Below are positions 36,386-46,379 of a stretch of DNA of 64,000 bases, piece by piece. The stretch is from the NCBI GenBank assembly GCA_013239625.1, contig MU054323.1, positions 6,871,220-6,935,219 of the forward strand, in the 5' to 3' direction. The translations under genes were made by a program, and so were the position numbers. Within the stretch, counting starts at the first letter, position 1. Each line of letters opens with the position of its first letter. A model generated the notes under the pieces. The model saw only the letters and a program-made list of their open reading frames with translations, ran no database searches and was not told the origin of the DNA. This DNA is from Lama guanicoe. Taxonomy: Eukaryota.

Positions 36386-39300
36386 TGACTGGATCCCAGG
36401 TCTCTTAACTAGGCTGCCTCCCTCATGTTAATCATGCCAAAGCAGGGTTTATTCCAGGGACAAAGATGGTTCAGTATTTGAAGTCTTGAAATACAATCCA
36501 ACACAGTAACAGTGGAGAAGAACCTTATGATCATTTTGGTAAATGCAAAAATGTTATTTGACTTTTAAAAAATGCACATATATGAAAAATGTTTTTAATT
36601 TAGCAAACTAGCAGCAGAAGGGAGCTTCCTTAATCTGATAGAAAGTGTTTGCTAAAACTTTCAACAAATTAACATACCTAACAGTAAAGGTTTAAAAGCA
36701 TTCCAAGCCAGTCAACAGCAAATCAAGGATATCTATAAACACTGCTGTTATTGTACTGCACATCCCAGCCAGTGCAAGGACCTGATCTGACGTCTCAATA
36801 ATGCAACGCAGGAGAAAAACACGGAGTATAATGATTGCGTTGAAAGAGACTACATTGTCTGTGGTGGTGACAGACATATAGTGCTTTTGCAGGGTGTTGT
36901 TTAAATTGATCCTCAAACTTGAACTGATGGTTTAATTCTTGTTAGAAATATTCACTGGTGAGGAAACTAAGGCAAAGTTGCATAGCCTTTGAGTAGCAGA
37001 GTTCAGCCTTAATCTCAAATCTTTTGGGACTGTCAGCTGCCTTGCTCTTTCCATTTGTACCATGAGGAGATAACACCATATTTCTTACAGCTCAATTTTC
37101 ATTTTGCAGCCACTTCATCACAGTCTTTTGCCCTGATTATTTCATACAGACTCCTTACTGATGTCCCAACTTTCCTCCCCATTCCCAACAAATACATCTT
37201 GTACCTGTTGCCAGAACAGTCTTCCTCTTAGATCATTAGCACTTCTTCAGAATTCCTTATATGTAGTGCTGGGAGAAGGTAGAATGCTGTATCCTCACTT
37301 CTTCCTTTACAGAGTGAGTTTAAGTAACATAATGCTCCCAGTCTGTTGCTACACTCCTTCTCTTCCTCATGCAGGCTGAATGAATGACCTAGTTGGCAGA
37401 TGATTGCCTTTGGTCCATGTTTCTCATGTGGGTGGAACTAATCTATCAAGGTTTAATAGATTGAATGCGGGGGATTTATTCTCTCTCTCTACTTCTCCAT
37501 GTGACCAGTGGGATGGAACAACTTTGGTGAGTATCTGCTCAGTCTACTCATACTTTCCCTTAAGACAGGAAATTAGCAAGCTCATTCAGGCTATCTCATA
37601 AAGCTCTTTTCTAACTTATTGATAATAAAAGTGAGATCTTGTTTCTTCATCTGCTTTTTATCTTATTTCTCAAGAACCTAGGCTCAGAACTTGGGTACCA
37701 CTTTTTTGGCCCTTGCAAAGCCCAAGAGGCTAAAACCCAACCATAGGCCAGAATTAAGACCTACCATATCTGGACCTTAACGTAGAGAAGAACCTCGGGC
37801 TGTGCTACCTTGACTTCGGAGGATGGCTAAAACTTGTGAGGTCATGGTAGCTGTGGACAGTGGTTCTCAGCCATTTTCCACACTAACACCTTCGCGTCAA
37901 TATCAGTGGTTCACTATTGCCACGATTCTTAAGCAGGAAACAATGCACAGCCTAGGATGGCATCTCAGGATCTGTGGAGAGGATATGGAGGATGTGTTGA
38001 TAAAAACCACCACAGAATGAGATTTTAGCATGCCCCTCCAGGGGCACCCTCTGCATTCTGCCAGCCCCATGAGAAGCAATGACCAAGGCACTGATCCTCA
38101 GCTTTACAAGTTCAAAAACTCAATTTTGTCAGCTCATCCAATGATAATTGGGCCCTAGGGTATTGAGTCACACAACTCACAGTCACAGGAGGCTGACTTA
38201 TAATCCAGAATGTCAATTAGCCAATTTAAAATAGAAGATACACTTTACAGCACTTGAACTACTCATGACCCCTTTTCAAACCATTCTCTAACTACTATCT
38301 AGATGACTGAAAACCAAATGAGTAACCAACTATGGGAGGTTAAGAGAAAATTAAACTAGCCAAAGACTTGTTTTTTCGATTCCAGTCCTGCCACTGACTC
38401 TGATCTTGGGCAAGTCAAAGCCTTTCTGAATCAGTAAGCTTAAGACAAGACTGCCAGCATATGGAAGCACTTTGTTAATTATAAACCATTTTTCAAATGT
38501 AAGAAACTTACCAAAGCATCGGAGAGTCTTTTCAAGGATTTGTTACCTTTTCTAGTTTTTGCAGCACAATCTTTGCTCCATTGGAGAATATTTTTTTTTT
38601 GTAAACATGGTATGCAAGGCTAGATGTCGTGTACTTAGTGCCAGATTCTTGCTCTCCATCTTGGCTCCTTCTTATAAGCACATCTTACATTACCATAATG
38701 TGTCCATCTAAATCACACACATTACCGTATACCTTTTAGGCTGGCTGCCTCCAGGACCAGGCTGCTTCTACTTACCAGAACCAGAGTTTCTGATTCAGTA
38801 CGTCTGGGGTAAGGCCTGAGAACTTCTATTTCTAACAAGTACCCAAGCGATGCTGATCTAGGGACCACACTTAGAGAACCACTGGTCTAGTTCTGATAAT
38901 GATCTTATCTGATTCTAATGAGAAAAGCTGCCACTTCCTGGCTACTGTCTTGCTCTCATTTGGGTCAGCACATGAGTGCCTTGTCCTTTCCTCATCTGGG
39001 TAAAAATTTATGCTATTTGTGCTCAGATCTTTGCTTTAGGGATCTGCCTAGCTCTTCTCTCCAAGCTGTGTAGACACTCAACTCTCTCTGGCTTTATCAT
39101 TGTCTTACTGTAGAATTTGAACTTGAAAATTTTTTTAAAAATACAGTATCATATGGAAACGTTTTCCTAATTGTTTTGAATGGAAATAGCAGGGAGTGGA
39201 GGGCATCAGTCCCTAGCAGAAAAGGAATTAGACACTGGCTTATGTGACTGAAAGCTCTTTGAGGGCTGAGTCTTACATTTTTACACTCAGGTTCTAGCAC

Positions 39301-40299
39301 CAAGTGCCCCCGCTCTGTTCCAAGGGGTCTGTACATACTGACACATTTAACCCACACAGCACTCCTGTAAATTCCTGTTTTACAGATGAAGATCCTGGGG
39401 CTCAGGGAACTTGAGTGACTTGCCCAAGGTCACACAGCTTGAATGTATGAGAGCAGGATTTGGACTCAGGCAGTTTCATACAAGAATCTGAACTTTAACC
39501 ACTATGCTATACTATATAACATAGTGCTCAGTAAGTCTGTTCCATGTTATAAGAGGCTATATGTGTCCCATTTCATAGGAAATTCAGTCAACAGGTGTTT
39601 CTTTCACGATAAATTTAATGTATATTCATACTTTCCCCCACTTCCTTTCCTCTATTCTCAAAAAAGTTTCCTCTCTCTCTGTGCAAAGCCAGCCCTTCCT
39701 TATGCCCTTGACCCTACCTCTTATTTTCTCCTGAACTTCTCTTATCAGTTATTCTATGTAGTAAGTTCAATCTCTCCTCTCCTTGTCCTCACCTATCAAC
39801 TTGCTCAAGCATCTAAGAAACCTGCCCCCCCACCGTGGGACCCAGCATTCACCTTTCCAGTCCCCATTCAATCATTGTCCTCTCTCCTCCCATTCAAGCT
39901 TCTTAAAACAATTCCCTCTACCTTCCCTCCCATTCTTTCTCAGTAGATTCCAATCGGATTCCCACCTGCATATGCTGTTTAAACTGCTTTCACCAAGTTA
40001 ACCAACATGTTCCCAAGTGCTGAATGTTTTCGGCTCTTATTTACTGCAGTTCTCTGCTGCTGCACTTAATTGCTTTCTCCCTCTTGAGACTCCATTCACT
40101 TGGCTTCCTGGTGCTGGTTCTGCCCTCAGCACTCTACCAGTTCTCCCTGGGAGACCCTATCCACTCTCCTAGTTTCAAGTGACTGTCTCCTGTAAAGAAA
40201 AATCTTCCTGTCTTGTATCTTGGCAGCCTTGATATCTAGAGGGCATGGGTGTGGGGTGGGGGGAAGTGTACCCATATTGCCTTGTACACGTCTGTTTGA

Positions 40300-40301
<2 letters not shown>

Positions 40302-40334
<33 letters not shown>

Positions 40335-40344
40335 GTCTATCTAT
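40302..40344. repeat. (TATC)n tetranucleotide microsatellite
   Basis: About 10 units with one tgtc variant. Confidence 0.9.
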
Positions 40345-41321
40345 GTCTTTTCACTAGAGTCTTCACTACCTAAAGGCAAAAACGTTTATTCATCTTTATC
40401 TCTTCAGCTCTTAGTACAGCCTGCCACAGCAGACATGCAACAGTTATCTGTTGAACAAATTACCCTTTATACGCTTTGCTTCACAGATGCCTCCAAATGT
40501 TTATAGGAATATTTTAAGGACCGTACAGAGTGTTACAGACGTTTAGAAAGGGGAGCTATCGTTTTTGGCTGGTAAGACTTTGTGAAGATGATAGCACTTG
40601 AGCCAGAAATAGTTTAAGTCCAGAGGCAGGAAAGGGAGGGGTTGAGTATTAACATTTGACTCCCAGGCCAGAGACAGAAGAGCAGCAGCTGGAGTGTCTT
40701 TGTTGAAGCATTAAGTTTGGATAAGGGAATAGAAGATTCACCTAAAAAGACAGGTGTTGAAATACAAACGTGGAGGTCCTGAGGGCTGAGCTAAGGATTT
40801 TATTCCATGGGCAAGTTGGAGCCTATACTTTAAAGAGTGCTCCATGATCCTATATGAACCTGGCAGCAGAACGTTTGCTACCTTGTAACCAGGATACACT
40901 GGAGGTAAGCAGACCAGTGGGACACTCATGAGCAAAATGAGAGCCTAATTCAGGGTGGTGGCACTGGAATACATCTTATAGTTAATTGCATGTCTCAATT
41001 TAATTGGCAGCATTCTTCCTTTCTTAACAACACATAAAATGTCAGTGTATATTAAAGCTGATGGTGCCCTAAATTCAATGATTGAAATACCTGGATGTGG
41101 ATAAGAAATAAGGAATTCAAAGACAAAGTTTTAAACCTGGGTGATTGGAAGAACTCTATTATTCTTAACAAAAAAGGGAGGGCATTTCCTTGACCCCTAC
41201 ATAGGAGTCTACCCAAATCCCCTATTTGAGCAATGACCCAAGACAATATTGCTACTCACCTACCTTCCCCCTTTGAACTTATTACTAGTAAAAATAAGAG
41301 GAAATAGTAATTAATGACAAC

Positions 41322-41344
41322 TTTAATATGAACACGTGTTTAAT
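41322..41344 (-). terminator. PTRHD1 poly(A) signals (two ATTAAA)
   Basis: Plus-strand tttaat at 41322-41327 and 41339-41344, about 140-165 nt past the stop codon. Confidence 0.6.
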
Positions 41345-41486
41345 ATGAACATGTGTCAGGAAACTGCCATAATTTAAAGGGAAGAGGGAGTTGCGACTGA
41401 AAGGAGTACATGCTGCTTAGGGATGGATGGCATGCGGTTTCTGGATCTAGCTGATACTCAAACATATCAGCAATTGAAGACATCAG

Positions 41487-41657
41487 TCATTTGAATAATC
41501 GGAACTTCTTCAAATACTGGTTCACTTCTTCCTTGGGGTAGGGACGGAGTGCAATGCAAGTGGGGATGTTCTCTGGTTGTTCCAGCCACAGCATGTGGTC
41601 AACGTTCTTCTGTTGCAGTGTCTCAGCCAGCAACTTTAAGGTGGTCTCATCTGGGGC
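41487..41657 (-). CDS. PTRHD1: PTRHD1 exon 2, [56 protein letters not shown]
   Basis: Minus-strand acceptor ttcttgcag|GCC; 171 nt to TGA; C-terminal half of the PTH2-like domain. Confidence 0.96.
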   Translation of the reverse strand, partial: APDETTLKLLAETLQQKNVDHMLWLEQPENIPTCIALRPYPKEEVNQYLKKFRLFK

Positions 41658-43386
41658 CTGCAAGAAGCAGAACACAGACTGAGTAGCCTATTTAGGAAGT
41701 GTCAAAAGGCAAAGGAAAAAAAGTGGGGGGCTCCACTTAACTGAAAGTGGAGGAACAAGTCTACCAAAGATGGAGCTGTAGAGCAGGCTTCTAGAAGCAA
41801 CAGCTTCATCGCTCCATTTGCCATTCACTCTCTGAAGAACTTTAAATAAACTGCCTGGGGTGGGAGTGGGTAATCTTGGCATTGTCTTTTATTTTATTGG
41901 TCTTTATGGCTACAGCAGCACCTTTATTTAATCAGTAGTGAATCCTAAGTCCCTTTCTTGAGTCATAGCTAACAATAGAATCATAGGATATGTCTTTTAA
42001 ACTCAGAGGAGTCACTTAATCTCTGTGGGCTTCAGGTGTCTCATCTGAGAAAAGGGGTAAACATTTTATCTGACTGAAAGCAAGACAGTGAGGGATGTCT
42101 AAACCACATGATTTCTTGAAGACTTCCCATTAAAGTTCTAGAAGAAGAATCTAAAGGAAAAGCTGTTTCTTTTCTGCCTACTTACAGATTCTTAAGACAT
42201 TTTCCTACAGGTTACTATTTGATGTTTCACTACCCAACAGCAATTTTTCTCTTTTGAAAAATAATCTGTTTTTGCCAGCTAACCAAGAAGGAATTACCTG
42301 ACCCCTCCACCCTAGTGTTCTGATTTGTTTATTTATTAAAATAAATAATTTTTATAATTAGAATAAAATTGCTTTAAAATGAAAGCAGTATTTTTTTCAG
42401 TATAAAATATGTGCTTAATGTAGAATACTAAAAAGAATAGAGAAGCATTAGGAAATAACGAGAATTCCACCCCCCAATTTAATATCTGGATGTACTTCTT
42501 AGTTTTTCCTTTCAAAATCAGGATCATTTTGTATGTAGAATATAGTTCAATTAGCATCACATCATGAGCACTCATCCATACCACCTAAATATGCTTCAAA
42601 AACATGATTTATGCTAGTTTCATAATAATCCATTATAAGGGCTTACATTTAGCCAACCCATGGTATCAAAAATAAATTTCCACATTTTTTATTATAAAGT
42701 GCCACCATGAATATCCTTGTACACTACTCCTTAGGTATTAAGATGTACAAGAATACATCTTATATTCTTAGGATACATTTCTAGAGGCACAACTGACAGA
42801 AGGTAAGGGTAAAATCTGGCCATCTGTAAAAAGAATCTTACCTTTCTTTTACACCCCTGGTGTTCGGTATTTCTGATACTAAGTTCAATTAATACTAGGG
42901 CTCACATATATTTTCAAATAATTTGGCGTCATACCCAGGAAAATGTTTCAGTTTGGGTTCACTTGCAATTAGGAACCCCATGTCCTTACCCTTCTGGATC
43001 GGTTTTACGGAGAGGGCTAAGGAAGGTATCGGCGCAGCCATTAAATTAGGCGGGCCCAGGGCACAGGTAGAAAGGCAGGTGTCTCATTACCAGCCTCCGC
43101 CTCACTGGCATTTACTTAAGAGGGACGCAGGTGAGACCAGAGAGGGGCGAAAGCATTAATAAAGGGCCCAACGTCCAATCGTCACACCGGCAGGCCCCGC
43201 CCAGCCGAGGTAAGGCTGCCTGGGAAATAGCTCAAGCCCCAGAACCCTTCCCAAAACTTAGAAGTTAAACACCCCTCCCCACTAACGCCACGCCCACTCC
43301 ACGAAGTCTGGCCCTGGGACTCAAGTCCACACCCACTTCCGGTCTCTTTCCCCTCAGCGCCCCTCCCCCTCCGCCCCGTGCCTCAC

Positions 43387-43638
43387 CTCGAGGACCACTT
43401 TGCGCATGCGCCCCAGCTCCCGGAGGTAAGCTTCCGTGTGCGGGTGGTCGCGGTGAATTTGTAAGGCGGCGGTGGCTGCGTGACAAGCCTGTGCTACCAA
43501 TGCGCCCGCTGGCCAGGAAAACGGAGCCTGTGAGAGATCCTTTCGTAACACCAAATATTGTACCAGGATCTGCGTCTCCATGCCAGAGGCCGCCATCTTC
43601 CTACCCAACAGAAAGGCCGGACCTACTCCCCGGTGCAT
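43387..43638 (-). CDS. PTRHD1: PTRHD1 exon 1, [19 protein letters not shown]...[13 protein letters not shown]...RMRKVVLE (putative peptidyl-tRNA hydrolase, 140 aa in total)
   Basis: ATG at 43638, with a second strong-context ATG (aagATGG) at 43596; 84 codons; donor GAG|gtgagg; PTH2-family motif LVLRKDL...[10 protein letters not shown]. Confidence 0.95.
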
Positions 43639-43669
43639 GCCGGGATCAGGGAGGGGCCCCGAGCGCCGC

Positions 43670-43781
43670 CATGTCTTTGTACGGCTGGAGCGCAAAGCAC
43701 TCTGGGACCGGCTGGCTCGGGTTTGAAGGCAAAGACGGCGGGAAGTCTTGGCCCTGGCCTGAGGGAGCAAGAGGAAAGGAG
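43670..43781 (+). other. CENPO: Probable CENPO 5' non-coding first exon (start uncertain)
   Basis: Strong donor GGAG|gtaagg after 43781; a matching acceptor ttttcttttgccgccaag| ends at 44059, upstream of the CENPO ATG. The TSS cannot be read from sequence. Confidence 0.6.
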
Positions 43782-44117
43782 GTAAGGGAAAAGTGCGACC
43801 CACTGGGGACGGGGCCATACCCAGGGTGGAAGGCTGAACAGACTCTTACAGCTCCTTCCTTGTGCAAGGACACCCGGCTGAACCAGAGGCCCCGCGTCCT
43901 CGGGAGCGCGCAAGGGGCCGGAGGCAGACGAGGACGCCGCCGACTCGGACCCCGGGAACGGACGGGGCGGGTCAGGGAAGGGGAGTCCTAGCGGGTGTGC
44001 CTGCCGTATGGATTTATCTGAATGTGGGTAGATTCGTGTCATTTTCTTTTGCCGCCAAGGAAAACCCTATGACTGGTGCCTGGACAACTTCATAGGCAGG
44101 CGCCTGGAAATCTGGAG

Positions 44118-44163
44118 ATGGAGCTGGCGAATGCTCAAAGTCAGGACGGCGAGTCCAAAGGAG
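44118..44163 (+). CDS. CENPO: CENPO first coding exon MELANAQSQDGESKG(G)
   Basis: gagATGG strong context; 46 nt; donor GGAG|gtactc, phase 1; DGESKGG matches the recalled CENP-O N-terminus. Confidence 0.9.
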
Positions 44164-45459
44164 GTACTCAGAGGGTCGCTTTTCCCCCCTTACTACTGCT
44201 GCCTGAAGATAACTCCCAGGTCGAAAGCCCTTTCATCCTCTTACTGATGTGTGACTTGCCCTGTTTGGGAGCAGAATGGTGAAAGGAACTAACATTGAAG
44301 ACTTTTAAGGGACAGGCAGCTAAGATCATTGGACAGGAAAAATTACTTCAAATATTTCTAGCCTCTTGCCCCCTTTTAGACCCATAGGTTGCCTTCATAG
44401 TATGCCGAATGTATCCAGAGCTACAGTTCTAGCCAGTGAGCTTTCTTTACCTTCTTCCCAGGATGTTTTGGGGCTATTTATGTATTACTCCTGTGGAAGG
44501 GGCAGTACAGGCAGTGAGTGGTATTGGTTGGACTCAGGTTTGAGTCCTGGCTCTGCTGTTATAAATATTTTGACCTTGGGCAAGTTCTTTTACCTTTCTC
44601 TGCCTCAGTTGCGTCATCTGGAAAATGGGGGTGAATAATAGCATTGTGGTGGTGATTGTGGAAATTAAGTAATTCTTTTCATGCTTTTCAAGTAAAGCAT
44701 TTAGCATATGCATAGTGTATATGAAATAGTCAATAAATGCTTTATTTAATTCTTTGCATGCTTTTCAAGTAAAGGATCTAGCAGAAGTGTCTTAATATGT
44801 AGGGAATGTTCACAGATAACTTTGTTGTTAGAATTGATTAGCAGTATGAAACTGTGACCTTTACTCTATTGATCTTTAGTCAGTCTCTTGGAAACTGAGA
44901 TTTGCTCCTGAACTTCTGTCCATTAGTGAGCTTGTTTTCCTCTCTAGTATCCAGTAATAATGGTGGACAGTTCTCTTTAGTGTATACCTTTATAGTCCGA
45001 TGCTTTCAGAGCTTCAAAGTACTTATTCAAGTCTGTTTGGATGTCTAAATCCAGAGTTACACACTAGCATTTTGGGAAAGCATACTTAAAACCCAATTTA
45101 AAAAACAATTCTACATTAAAAAAAGTTTCTGAGAGAGTCAGTGATTTTGGTGACCCTGTTTTCCTTAAATCACTATTATTATGGATAACTGAGATTAGTT
45201 AGGTTCAGGTAATGCCCTCTTTGAACAATGTCTTGGTCAGGAACTGCTTGTAGGTCAGTGTTCGGCCTAAGAGGTTGCTGATCATTGACTTCTGTTGTCA
45301 GTTCCTCTTGTTTTATAAATTGTTGCCAACATCTACAAGTTGGCAGGCCACAAAGTTCTAAAGAAAAGTGTCACCCTCTGTTATTCCCTGTAATGCTTCC
45401 TGTTGCCAGAGTTAGAAATCCTTAACTTCTTGTGAAAATTCCCTATTTACTTTCCTCAG

Positions 45460-45629
45460 GTGTTTTAGCTCACTTGGAAAGACTAGAGATTCAGCTAAGT
45501 AAATCCCATAAAAAATTGGAAGAGCCACAGAGAGAACAGGCAGTGGAAAGTGCTCTTGGAACCAAGATTCATAAACTGAGACTTCTGCGAGATAGATTGA
45601 GTGCTGAAGTGAAACAACATCAAGCCAGA
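45460..45629 (+). CDS. CENPO: CENPO exon VLAHLERLEIQ...AEVKQHQAR
   Basis: Acceptor tttcctcag|GT; donor AGA|gtgagt; 170 nt, phase 1/0. Confidence 0.95.
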
Positions 45630-46379
45630 GTGAGTAGAAGGGTGATTGATGTTGGCAGGCTTTCCTAGAGTGGGAAAAAACAAACGTGATCTGGGAATTA
45701 GCAAATTTGTATAATGCGTTTTACCTGTGCTCTTACTGGATCAATTTCAGTTCTTGATTCCTCAAATGATCAAAGCTGTAGAGTCAGTTAATACCGATAT
45801 CCATTAACAGTTGGCAGGCATTGCTGATGGGCCAGGTGAATTCTTTATAGTAGTCTCTTCACCTGCCCTCATAGACATGCGCTTGTTACCTCAACCTCAG
45901 CCCGACTTGAGTCACTGGTACTTTTGTCATTAGCACTATTACCCAACTTGAAACCTCACAGTAAACTTTGACTCCTCCCTCTTTTCAGTTTTCTCTCTAG
46001 TCCAGGTCCAGTTGGCAAGACCTGTCATATTCTTCTTTAGATTGTCTACGTGCTTCCCTCTCCTCTACCTCCCTTGCCGTAGCTCCTGTATTAGCCACAC
46101 ATCCTAAATCTTTACCAGGTGATTCGGGTGGCAGGATTATTGCAGCAGTCTGCTAGTTGGTTCTCTTCTAGTATTAATACTTCAATAAGTATAGCCAAGA
46201 AAATCTTCATAAAACACTACATTTTTTCATTAAATGACAAATTTCCTTGTTCAAAGTGTCAGTAACCAATCATTGCCTATGGGTTAAAGTCAGCCTGCCT
46301 TCTTTTTCTTGCCTTCCCTCCTCTTCTTTCTCTCCCTCTCCCCTGTTTCTTCTCTTCCTCCCTCTCTGCCTTCCTTCAC

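Larger units (their letters stand above)
43020..44230. promoter_or_regulatory. CpG island / bidirectional promoter of PTRHD1 and CENPO
   Basis: High GC and CpG density between head-to-head genes. Motifs: CCAAT (~43175), GC box ggccccgccc (43193-43202), ETS/GABP cacttccggt (43334-43343), NRF1 tgcgcatgcgc (43401-43411), YY1 gccgccatctt (43589-43599) and gccgccatgt (43665-43674). Confidence 0.9.

Noticed and set aside
39443..39946. 167-aa ATG ORF in the NCOA1-PTRHD1 intergenic region
   Set aside because: It starts in a MIR and runs through pyrimidine-rich L2 remnant; composition is low-complexity (L/S/P/F) and I see no exon structure.
43639..43818. 60-codon in-frame N-terminal extension of PTRHD1 from ATG 43818
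   Set aside because: It runs across the promoter and CENPO exon 1, where GC-rich DNA lacks stops; it would need a TSS far upstream of the YY1-marked region, which the sequence does not support.
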